NCBI GenBank assembly: GCA_021824625.1
Contig: JAKAKE010000084.1
Span: 1 to 59,967 of the forward strand
Length of the DNA stretch: 59,967 nt
Reading direction: 5' to 3'
Source of the DNA: Bacteroidota bacterium
GTDB taxonomy: Bacteria > Bacteroidota > Ignavibacteria > Kapaibacteriales > UBA2268
Shown: piece by piece, positions 36,088 to 44,756 of the stretch
Position numbering within the stretch: position 1 is the first letter of the stretch
How the letters are laid out: each line of letters opens with the position of its first letter
The notes under the pieces: model-generated
Databases searched by the model: none
Seen by the model: the letters and a program-made list of their open reading frames with translations, nothing else
Told to the model about the DNA's origin: nothing
Program-made: the position numbers and the translations under genes

Positions 36088-36133
36088 GGCGATGGAGTTC
36101 GCCATCGAACGCTGAGAAAGCTGATGACTCCTG
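36088..36133 (+). promoter_or_regulatory. Fluoride riboswitch aptamer (crcB RNA motif)
   Basis: GGCGATGGAGTTCGCCATCGAACGCTGAGAAAGCTGATGACTCCTG. It has P1 GGCG/CGCC, the pseudoknot GGAGU with ACUCC, AAC plus a short GCU/AGC hairpin, and the conserved UGAUG. The element order matches the Thermotoga petrophila aptamer as I recall it. Confidence 0.85.
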
Positions 36134-36177
36134 TTAAAAGTAATCATAACGATTTCTTTTGACAGGAGTTTTTTTTT
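36128..36177 (+). terminator. Riboswitch expression platform: intrinsic terminator
   Basis: 13-bp stem CTCCTGTTAAAAG (36128-36140) paired with CTTTTGACAGGAG (36156-36168), with one G-U pair, followed by T9 (36169-36177). The 5' arm shares CTCC with the aptamer pseudoknot strand. Confidence 0.85.
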
Positions 36178-36198
36178 AAACATAAGTTCAAAAATAAC

Positions 36199-37350
36199 AT
36201 GAAAGATATAGCAGTTGCTTCAATAATCGCATTTATAGTTCTAATCGCATCGGTAATATCAATAGAATTCGGCATTGCTGCAGCAATAATTGAAATCATA
36301 CTCGGTGTTGTTGCAGGTAATACCTTCAATTTACAACCCACTGCTTGGCTCACTTTTATTGCTTCGCTTGGAGGAGTTCTATTGACTTTTCTGGCAGGTA
36401 CTGAAGTTGACCACAAAATTTTAAAAGAAAAGTTTTGGACGAGTGTTCTTATAGGCGGCATATCTTTTATCCTTCCATTTCTATTTGTATTTGGTTATAC
36501 CTATTATATAGCAGGCTGGACATTAGATGCATCTAAAATTGCAGGAATTGCACTCTCAACGACATCCCTTGCAGTAGTATATGCTGTATTGGTTGAAACA
36601 GGTTTGAATAAAACAGAACTTGGAAAAATATTGATGGCTTCGACATTTATTACCGATTTTGGGACAGTGCTGGCTCTTTCGATTTTATTTTTACAGTTTA
36701 ATTATTTAAGCATTGTATTTCTTATATTTTCTACTTTACTGTTAATACTCGGTCCTAAATTACTCAAATTCTTTTTCCAAAGGTATGGCAATAAAGTGAT
36801 TGAACCGGAAATAAAATTGCTGTTCTTAATCTTATTTTTCACAATGTTTATTGGAGAAATAGGTAGCAGTCACGCTGTACTGCCAATATTTATTTTTGGA
36901 TTGCTTCTTTCTCCATTCTTTGCAGAGAACAAACAATTTATCAGGAAGTTGAGAACAATAGGATTTGCACTGATTACACCGTTTTTCTTTATCAAGGGTG
37001 GAATGTTAGTAGGTTTTAATGATTTGATTACAAACATTTCTTTGATATTAATTTTATTAGCAATTAAAGTGACATCGAAAATAATAGGAGTTTACCCAAT
37101 AGCCCGGATGAGATTGCCAAGAGGTGGAAGAGTATTTTTAACATTGCTTATGAGCACCGGCTTAACTTTCGGAACGATTTCATCTGTTTTTGGATTGCAA
37201 AGCGGTTATATCAACAAATCACAATTTACAATACTGATAGCTGTTGTGATACTTTCAGCAGTAGTTCCGACAATAATAGCACAGCGTTATTGGGCACCAG
37301 CCTCACCCGAATTAAAAGAGGAAATTTCCGAGAGAGGTGAAATGGATTAA
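36199..37350 (+). CDS. Cation:proton antiporter (Na+/H+ exchanger family, CPA type)
   Basis: 383-aa protein with about 11-12 TM helices. 'GGVLLTFLAGTEVD' and the general Na_H_Exchanger-like profile. It is the first gene after the fluoride riboswitch. Confidence 0.7.
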   Translation: MKDIAVASIIAFIVLIASVISIEFGIAAAIIEIILGVVAGNTFNLQPTAWLTFIASLGGVLLTFLAGTEVDHKILKEKFWTSVLIGGISFILPFLFVFGYTYYIAGWTLDASKIAGIALSTTSLAVVYAVLVETGLNKTELGKILMASTFITDFGTVLALSILFLQFNYLSIVFLIFSTLLLILGPKLLKFFFQRYGNKVIEPEIKLLFLILFFTMFIGEIGSSHAVLPIFIFGLLLSPFFAENKQFIRKLRTIGFALITPFFFIKGGMLVGFNDLITNISLILILLAIKVTSKIIGVYPIARMRLPRGGRVFLTLLMSTGLTFGTISSVFGLQSGYINKSQFTILIAVVILSAVVPTIIAQRYWAPASPELKEEISERGEMD

Positions 37351-37444
37351 TCACAATTACATTAATTTGCATTTTTTAAAAGATGATATTATTAATAAAT
37401 ATACATTGAATATTTAAACTTTAATTCTTATTTATCAATAACAA

Positions 37445-38659
37445 GTGAAATTCGATAAAAAATCAGCTATACGTTTCATTATTCTTCTCGGAATAATAAG
37501 TCTGCTGGGTGATGTTATGTATGAGGGTGCCCGCAGTGTAAATGGTCCCTATCTGAAAATATTGGGAGCAAATGCAGTTGTTGTCGGATTTATTGTCGGT
37601 TTGGGTGAATTGCTCGGCTATGGAATACGTATTGTTTCAGGATATTTCACAGACAAAACAAAAGCATACTGGCTGTTTACGATTATCGGTTACGGTGTAT
37701 TAATAACTGTACCGCTCTTGTCTTTAACAGGTGTCTGGCAGTTTGCGGCATTGTTTATGATTTTGGAGAGAATAGGCAAGGCGATACGAAGCCCGGCAAA
37801 AGATACGATACTCTCGCAGGCGACTAAGCAGGTGGGTACAGGTTTCGGTTTTGGACTGCACGAGTTTTTCGACCAAATTGGAGCAGTTATTGGCCCTCTT
37901 ATTTTTGCATCTTTGTTCTATTTTATAGGCAGTGGTTCAAAGTCTACAGCTGATTATCAAAAAGGATATTCAATTTATTTTTATGTTTTTATTTTGTTAA
38001 TGGCAGCCGTTTTTTTTACGTACTTTTTATTCAAAAATCCCGAGAAATTTGAAACAGCAAAACCACAAACAGAAGATGAAGATAAATTATCGAGAACTTT
38101 TTGGTTATACACCGTATTTACTTTTCTGGCAACATTCGGTTTTGTCAGTTTTGTTTTAATCGGCTACCATTTGAAGCAGAACAATATTATCAGCGATTCG
38201 GCAATCCCTCTGTTCTATGCAATAGCAATGGGTGTGGATGCCGTTATTTCTTTGGTAATCGGTAAAATTTATGATAATCTGAAGAAAAAGAGAAACAACG
38301 AACAGGAAGGATTGCTTGCCTTATTTATTATTCCGATTTTAACCGCAATAATACCTGCTCTTGTTTTTTCAAGTAATGTAATATTGATTTTTATTGCCGT
38401 ATTCATTTGGGGTGTCGTTATGGGTACTCACGAAACAATAATGAAAGCCGCTATCGCAGACATTACATCAATGAAGAAACGAGCTACGGGATATGGGATA
38501 TTTAATACTGCTTATGGTTTGTCCGTTTTCATCGGAAGCATAGTAATAGGTTTATTATACGATTATTCGATAACCTTGTTGATAATAATTCTAATATTTT
38601 TTGAGATTTTATCAATACCTGTTTTATATAAATTGACTAAGGAAGTAAAAAAGACATAA
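37445..38659 (+). CDS. MFS-type transporter
   Basis: 404 aa with a 12-helix profile in two halves separated by a charged loop ('PQTEDEDKLSR'). GTG start. Confidence 0.6.
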   Translation: MKFDKKSAIRFIILLGIISLLGDVMYEGARSVNGPYLKILGANAVVVGFIVGLGELLGYGIRIVSGYFTDKTKAYWLFTIIGYGVLITVPLLSLTGVWQFAALFMILERIGKAIRSPAKDTILSQATKQVGTGFGFGLHEFFDQIGAVIGPLIFASLFYFIGSGSKSTADYQKGYSIYFYVFILLMAAVFFTYFLFKNPEKFETAKPQTEDEDKLSRTFWLYTVFTFLATFGFVSFVLIGYHLKQNNIISDSAIPLFYAIAMGVDAVISLVIGKIYDNLKKKRNNEQEGLLALFIIPILTAIIPALVFSSNVILIFIAVFIWGVVMGTHETIMKAAIADITSMKKRATGYGIFNTAYGLSVFIGSIVIGLLYDYSITLLIIILIFFEILSIPVLYKLTKEVKKT

Positions 38660-39445
38660 ATGAAAAGTGAAATATTAAATACAAACGAACTGACTCATTT
38701 CTTCGGTGAGAAGTTTGAATTTATTGATTCCGGTTTTTCAACCGGTCAGTTTAATATGGATTTTGATGTTCAGAGAACAATTGATGTCGCAGAAGGCAAG
38801 GCATTACCAATGTTTCGTGTGTATGGATGGATTCCCTGGGCTGTTTCGCTGGGATATAATCAGAAAGAAGAAGATATAGATAAGGAGAAATGTGAAAAAA
38901 AGGGATTTGATCTTGTCCGAAGGCCTACGGGCGGTAGGGCAGTACTCCATGCCAACGAAATCACATATTCTGTGGTAGTCAACTTACCCGATGGAAGAAC
39001 TATTCACGATATTTACAGGGAAATTCATACAATTTTATTAAAAGCATTTATTTCCATGGGCTGTAAAAATATTGGGTTTCAAAAAGCCCAGACTGACTTC
39101 AGGGAGCATTATAAAAGTCCGGGAATGTCAGTATCCTGCTTTACGAGCTCGGCAAGATATGAAATCGAATATGAAGGTAGAAAAGTAGTCGGAAGCGCCC
39201 AAAGACTTTTCGGTAAAACTTTACTTCAGCATGGTTCAATATTATTATCGAAGGGTCATGAGCAAATTGCTGATGTAATTAAATCAAAAAATGAATCTGA
39301 CAGAGAGAAACTGCGTGGATACCTGTCAAATCACTCATCTACACTCGAAGAATCTGCAAGCAGGGAAATAAGCCATGATGAATGCAGGGAAACAATTTTG
39401 AAAATATTTAAGGACGGCTCAATGAATTCATTTTTTTTTGAATAA
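38660..39445 (+). CDS. Lipoate-protein ligase / octanoyltransferase family protein (BPL_LplA_LipB domain)
   Basis: 'VRRPTGGRAVLHANEITYSVV' and 'GRKVVGSAQR' are the LplA/LipB-type motifs, including the catalytic Lys. The ATG directly abuts the MFS stop codon. Confidence 0.7.
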   Translation: MKSEILNTNELTHFFGEKFEFIDSGFSTGQFNMDFDVQRTIDVAEGKALPMFRVYGWIPWAVSLGYNQKEEDIDKEKCEKKGFDLVRRPTGGRAVLHANEITYSVVVNLPDGRTIHDIYREIHTILLKAFISMGCKNIGFQKAQTDFREHYKSPGMSVSCFTSSARYEIEYEGRKVVGSAQRLFGKTLLQHGSILLSKGHEQIADVIKSKNESDREKLRGYLSNHSSTLEESASREISHDECRETILKIFKDGSMNSFFFE

Positions 39446-39824
39446 TAAATATCGTTTAACGATCTATAATTTTAAAAGCACCAAAAATCAGCAATCTAAA
39501 ATCGGTGTTCCCTGTTCTTAAATTATTTTTTCAGATTTTTGGAACTCCCCTTAAATAATTCGGCACACCATTTAATAAAAAAAATTTTAATAATAAAATA
39601 TATGTGGTCAATTTCGTTACAATAACAAATGAATATTTACTACATAAATATCATTGTTTTTGCTATTAAATAAAATCATGCAGATTAATTTTTTTTTAAT
39701 ATATTAGATATTTCCTGATTTAATTTTCAGGGTAAATAAAACTAATTCAATCTTAGGAGTGTAATTTGCATTTGAAAATATTGACAAGGAAAAAAATAAA
39801 AAATTTTAAAATACAAGGATTACT

Positions 39825-42530
39825 ATGATAAAAAATTTCTATTACCTTATCGGACTAATAATTATATTATTTTGCTCACGCATTGATGCACAAAGTTTTG
39901 ACCCCGCAGCCATACCTCAAAAGTATGGTTCGACACATTGGGGAACAGATTTCTGGCTGACATTTCACCCTAATTATCAAGTTCCCCAATCTTCTAATTC
40001 AATCAGGATTTACATAACTTCAACAGTAGAGACATCCGTAAAATTAGATGTACCCGGCAAAGACTACCATACTCAGTTGAATACAATTCCGAACAATACT
40101 ATTCAATTCGATATTCCGATTACAATAGGTCAGCCTATTTCAGGAGGAATGTCGTTGCCACCTCCAATCGAGCAGGTTTATGACGGAGCAGGTATTCATA
40201 TCACTTCAATGGACCCTATTGTTGTGTATGGTTTAGCAAGAGGCAGCGGGTCAAGCGACGGGTATATGGCTTTGCCGGTATCTACATGGGGCAAGGAATA
40301 TATTATTGCATCATGGGCAGACGGTTCTAATAATAAAACCGAATATATGCCAAGCTATGCAAGCGTTATTGCGGCTTATGACAACACAAGAGTTAGTTTC
40401 ATCCTTGGCGGGAACAGTGGAACCGGAACAAGCGGCGGTATGAAACCCGGTGAATTAAAACAATTTACTCTTTTTAGGGGAGATGTTCTTGTTGTTCCAT
40501 CCATAGAAACTAATTCCGACTTATCGGGAAGTAAAATTTTATCGAACAAACCTGTTGCCGTCGTTACAGGAAACAGATGTGCTGCCATACCCGAAACCGA
40601 AATCACCTGCGACTACCTAATTGAAATGGAATTGCCTACTCAAGTTTGGGGTAAAGAGTTCCACATCGGCCCAATCAACAAAAGGAAAAAGAACCCAATA
40701 ATCAAAATAATGTCTAAAGAGGAAGGGAATAAAATCTATAAGAATGGTATTGAAATTGCAACAATTAAATTTATAGGTGGTTTAGAAGGTGATGGCTGGC
40801 TCAGCTTGAGAACCGACAACGGTAATCCGGTTCCAGTTACTATAAGGTCGGAAAAGCCTTCCTGCATAACATTATTTAATCCGTCAAGGGGCGAGGACAC
40901 TGTGAATATTGACCCATTCCAGATGCTTCAAATCCCGGTTGAACATTATCAAAAAGAAATATTTTTTACGACACCAAATGCTAAGAACTATATTGAATTT
41001 CCTACTAACTATATCAATATAATTTATGAATCGGATAATATAGGAACAGTTCCCGATGATTTGGAATTTGCCTGGGAATCATTCGGGAAATTACAGTGGG
41101 AAAGGATAAATTTGACAAGTCCTGCTCCCGGCACTCCCTTTATTGGGACTTTAAGCGGTAAAAGATACTATCTTAAGCAATTCCAGCTGCCCGAATTTGG
41201 TACTTATAAAATCAGAGCCGACAGTCCTATTATGGTGTATTCTTATGGCTATTCTGCAACCTCATCTTACGGCTACCCTGCATCTGCGGTTTTAGCTAAT
41301 CTCGAAAAAGGACTCGACACATTAGCTCCTGTACCTGTTTACACAGTTGAATGTGATGGCACTGTTTATAATGCAAGTATTGAGGATTATCCCCAAAACA
41401 ATGACCGTTCTAATTTATCTGTTGTAGGTTATCAAAATAACAGTAGTTTCAATTATAATTTTTCTTACACAACTTTTATTCCGGGCGAAAAAAATAAAAC
41501 CAACTGGAACCTCGACGTTAAGGACAAGAGCAAGGATGCCAGAGCTGTTATCACCTTTGGCGACAGAACCGGACACGACACAACCATCGTCGTGGATTAT
41601 TTAGTAAGAAAACCTGCATTCAGACAAAAATCTTATGACCTTGGTTTAATCAGGGCAGGAAATGATACCGTGGAGGATATGTGGCTATTAAATCAATCTC
41701 CGACAGCACCTCTTATTCTGAATAATATTTTTTTAAAATATAATGACAGAGGTTTTGAACTTCTTGACGAAAACTTGAATGTTTTGAGTTTTCCATTTAT
41801 ACTTGCACCACTCGATTCTGCGAAGCTAAAACTTAAATTTACCGGTGTACAACCAGGATTGTATTCGGATTCCGTTGGAGTTAGCGATGATTGCTCAACA
41901 TGGATATTAGGTTATGTCAAGGCAGAAAGCGGGAAGCCTAAAATTTCGCTTTCTGACTTTACCTTCCCTGATACATACTTGCAGGCAAAGGCTTCCGGAC
42001 AAATTGTAATTAGGAATGAGGGTAATTTCAATCTTGCTATTACAGATTTCAATCCGCCCGGCGACCCTGCATTCAAAATTGTTATCCGGGAAATTTCCGT
42101 ATCCAACCCTTTAGTATTAGCCCCTGGCCAGTTTTTTACATTCGAAGCTGCTTTTGAACCAACCCAGGAGAAGGATTATATTGACTCTGCCGTATTCGTT
42201 AGCGATGCGGCTGAGACTGACCCGACAACAATTTTGTCAGGTAAAGGTATTGTTAGAACCGGTGTCCCGGATGATAATCCGAATACTAATTATCCGGCAA
42301 TTTATCCCAATCCTGCCGATGACAGACTCGTTGTCAAATTCGATAAACTGCTTTCAGTATTTAATGTAAAGATATTTAATATATATGGTAATAATGTTGA
42401 AGAAAAGACAGTTGAAAATGGGAGAACGGGTTTAACCTTAGATGTATCTAAGCTGTCAAACGGTGTTTATTTCATGCTTATTAACAGCATGAATGGAACT
42501 CTGAAATCGAGTTTCAGTATATTGAGATAA
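39825..42530 (+). CDS. Large T9SS-sorted protein with IgGFc-binding-protein-N-terminal-like domain and Ig-like (PapD/ASH-like) repeats
   Basis: Signal peptide. 'HWGTDFWLTFHPNY...IRIYITS...' and 'GYMALPVSTWGKEYIIASW' resemble the bacterial IgGFc_binding-type domain (recollection only). C-terminal 'IYPNPADDRLVVKF...LSNGVYFMLINS'. Confidence 0.5.
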   Translation: MIKNFYYLIGLIIILFCSRIDAQSFDPAAIPQKYGSTHWGTDFWLTFHPNYQVPQSSNSIRIYITSTVETSVKLDVPGKDYHTQLNTIPNNTIQFDIPITIGQPISGGMSLPPPIEQVYDGAGIHITSMDPIVVYGLARGSGSSDGYMALPVSTWGKEYIIASWADGSNNKTEYMPSYASVIAAYDNTRVSFILGGNSGTGTSGGMKPGELKQFTLFRGDVLVVPSIETNSDLSGSKILSNKPVAVVTGNRCAAIPETEITCDYLIEMELPTQVWGKEFHIGPINKRKKNPIIKIMSKEEGNKIYKNGIEIATIKFIGGLEGDGWLSLRTDNGNPVPVTIRSEKPSCITLFNPSRGEDTVNIDPFQMLQIPVEHYQKEIFFTTPNAKNYIEFPTNYINIIYESDNIGTVPDDLEFAWESFGKLQWERINLTSPAPGTPFIGTLSGKRYYLKQFQLPEFGTYKIRADSPIMVYSYGYSATSSYGYPASAVLANLEKGLDTLAPVPVYTVECDGTVYNASIEDYPQNNDRSNLSVVGYQNNSSFNYNFSYTTFIPGEKNKTNWNLDVKDKSKDARAVITFGDRTGHDTTIVVDYLVRKPAFRQKSYDLGLIRAGNDTVEDMWLLNQSPTAPLILNNIFLKYNDRGFELLDENLNVLSFPFILAPLDSAKLKLKFTGVQPGLYSDSVGVSDDCSTWILGYVKAESGKPKISLSDFTFPDTYLQAKASGQIVIRNEGNFNLAITDFNPPGDPAFKIVIREISVSNPLVLAPGQFFTFEAAFEPTQEKDYIDSAVFVSDAAETDPTTILSGKGIVRTGVPDDNPNTNYPAIYPNPADDRLVVKFDKLLSVFNVKIFNIYGNNVEEKTVENGRTGLTLDVSKLSNGVYFMLINSMNGTLKSSFSILR

Positions 42531-42549
42531 ATTGGTAATATTTAAGAAT

Positions 42550-42573
42550 AACCCCAATTTTCAGATTGGGGTT
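42550..42573. terminator. Hairpin between convergent genes (likely bidirectional terminator)
   Basis: AACCCCAAT-tttcag-ATTGGGGTT, followed by TATTT on the plus strand and preceded by A/T-rich sequence. Confidence 0.6.
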
Positions 42574-42602
42574 TATTTCCTAATTATGAAATGAGGTTAA
42601 AA

Positions 42603-44507
42603 TTAATCTTCAGCGAGGACAATAATCCTGTCTTCTTTTGAAAATACCACTCCTTCGGATTTATCGGGATTCACAACCACACCAAAGAATTTATCGGGTT
42701 TGTAAGCATTTTCATGGATTCTATAACCAAAGGCAACCTCTCCGAATTGTGCCGCAGATGCTATTACAGTATAAAAATTAACCGACTTCCCAATTTCGAC
42801 ATAATCGGAAACGGGTTTAAGGTATATTTCTGAGCCTTCGGCATCGAAGAAATCATCAAAAACATATTTCAAATATTTATTTTCGGAAAATTGTGTGAGC
42901 ATAAGGCTTATGAGTTTATCGCTGATAATGAAATCATCCGCCCTGGCAACTTCTGCAAGTGATTGGTTGCGAACATCCAGCATTTCGCTGACAATGCTGA
43001 AATGCTTGCCGCACTGCTCCGAAATATTTCTCAGGTGCAGGAGGCAAATAAGGGTTTGTGCGTCAGCTTCCTGCAGGTCCATGCCTTTTGTATAGCTCAA
43101 AATAATTATATGGTCATAAGATGGTATATCAATTGAATCAAGCTGGCTCCTGAATGTGATGTTACCATACTTGAATTCGACATGTTTATTTTTCAATTTT
43201 GAATTAAGTTCGGCAACAGTATCCTCCATATCGTCATATTCTGCCATAATTAACACTTTGGAACCGGGAGCGGCATAATTATCGAGTTCCTTTATGATTC
43301 TGCTCCCTTTTTCATTCCAACCAAGAACTAAGGATTTTTCCGTAGGCGGCTTTTTTGTTTTTTCATGCTTAATCACACTGCGGTCAATCATAATGTCGGT
43401 CTTACCGGATAGAATAACTGTGTCGTCATCTTCGGAAATTGCAATGATTTTATCACCATCTTTAATCATAGTATTCATCGGCGGATTAACCTGAACTTTT
43501 CCGTTTTTGTATTGCAAACCTATGACAGCCGAGTCTTCATAAGCAAATAATGATTCTTTAAAGGTTCTTCCGATTAACCTTGGTTCATGCTGGAAGTAAA
43601 TTTCATCGCCTGCATAATCGAGAAGTTCTGTGTAAACGACGCTCAGTCCTGACTGGCGGCAGGTTTGTGCTGTAACCTTAGCAACGACATCATAAGAGAG
43701 GACATAAGTTACTTCATCCCTTCCGACAACCGTTGCAGCCTCCAAATTGGCTTCTTCCTTGATTTCGGCAACGATGTGATACTTGTCTTTACGCCTGAGA
43801 GGATTATTCGTTAAGGCAAGAACAGATTTAATAACATGTGTATCGGGATTCGGTGCTTCCGGCGAAATAATAATAATTGACCTTGCATCGTGGGGATTGA
43901 CCATTTCAATATCTGTTATTTCGAGGGGCCTGCCCGACCTGCAAATAACTTTTGTATTCTTTGTGTCAGGGATTTTTGCTTTAATCTCTTCTTCCATTTC
44001 GACTTTGTCTTTATCACCAAGGATTACAATAACAGAATCCCTTTTGTTTTCATTTGCAATTATCAACTCTGAGATGATTGTGAATATTTTTGGTGACCAG
44101 CGGATAATTAATGTGTGAGAGCTTTCGAGTATACGTGACTTACCACGACGCAGATAGTCAATCCGGTTTTTGAATGAATTAGTAATGATACCGATAAGTA
44201 AGCTGAGAAGAAAAACACCGCTCAGTGTAACGAATAGCATTACTATCCTGAAACCCCAGCCGGTGTCGTTGCCCATTGTTCCCGGGTCAAGACTCCTGAT
44301 AAGACTATCCCAAATTGCCTCTATGTATGATATGGAGGATTCGGTATCCTGTGTAAATTGTGCGGCTGCAACGATTGAACCTGCAATTATGACGACAATA
44401 ATTCCAATGACAATCAGCCACCAGAGCAATACAACTGTACCTGCCGAGAGCGTGTTTTCAAATCTATACCTGAATCTTTCAAATAATGTTGGTTTATGAT
44501 AACTCAT
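42603..44507 (-). CDS. CASTOR/POLLUX-related putative ion channel with tandem RCK (TrkA-like) domains
   Basis: The N-terminus 'FERFRYRFENTLSAGTVVLLWWL' plus two TM helices flanking a pore-like loop 'LDPGTMGNDTGWGF' matches my recollection of bacterial CASTOR/POLLUX-like proteins. A large soluble two-lobed C-terminal region follows. Confidence 0.5.
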   Translation of the reverse strand: MSYHKPTLFERFRYRFENTLSAGTVVLLWWLIVIGIIVVIIAGSIVAAAQFTQDTESSISYIEAIWDSLIRSLDPGTMGNDTGWGFRIVMLFVTLSGVFLLSLLIGIITNSFKNRIDYLRRGKSRILESSHTLIIRWSPKIFTIISELIIANENKRDSVIVILGDKDKVEMEEEIKAKIPDTKNTKVICRSGRPLEITDIEMVNPHDARSIIIISPEAPNPDTHVIKSVLALTNNPLRRKDKYHIVAEIKEEANLEAATVVGRDEVTYVLSYDVVAKVTAQTCRQSGLSVVYTELLDYAGDEIYFQHEPRLIGRTFKESLFAYEDSAVIGLQYKNGKVQVNPPMNTMIKDGDKIIAISEDDDTVILSGKTDIMIDRSVIKHEKTKKPPTEKSLVLGWNEKGSRIIKELDNYAAPGSKVLIMAEYDDMEDTVAELNSKLKNKHVEFKYGNITFRSQLDSIDIPSYDHIIILSYTKGMDLQEADAQTLICLLHLRNISEQCGKHFSIVSEMLDVRNQSLAEVARADDFIISDKLISLMLTQFSENKYLKYVFDDFFDAEGSEIYLKPVSDYVEIGKSVNFYTVIASAAQFGEVAFGYRIHENAYKPDKFFGVVVNPDKSEGVVFSKEDRIIVLAED

Positions 44508-44756
44508 AACAATCTTGTCTTCAATAAAATATTATAGATATTAAATCATAAAACTATAAACGAACAAAAATAACAGAAATTTCCATTAACTTGAAATTTC
44601 TTTTTTTTGAAAATTACTTTTTCATCATCATCATTTAGCCGCTGAATTGATTATAATTCAATCCTGTTCAAAAAATTTAATCAATATTATTCAATTATCA
44701 TTAACCAATAAATCCTTAATTTTGCTCAATTTTTTATACGAGTGAGCAATTATTGA

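Noticed and set aside
36144-36461. 105-aa minus-strand ORF in the track.
   Set aside because: It overlaps the fluoride riboswitch terminator and is antisense to the 5' end of the antiporter gene. Its protein has no recognisable features. It is most likely a by-product of the open antisense frame.
44576-44608. GAAATTTC-N9-GAAATTTC hairpin followed by T8 upstream of lnt as a terminator or attenuator.
   Set aside because: The stem is almost entirely A-T, with two G-C pairs. It sits in a divergent promoter region with no upstream plus-strand gene to terminate. It is likely fortuitous in AT-rich DNA.
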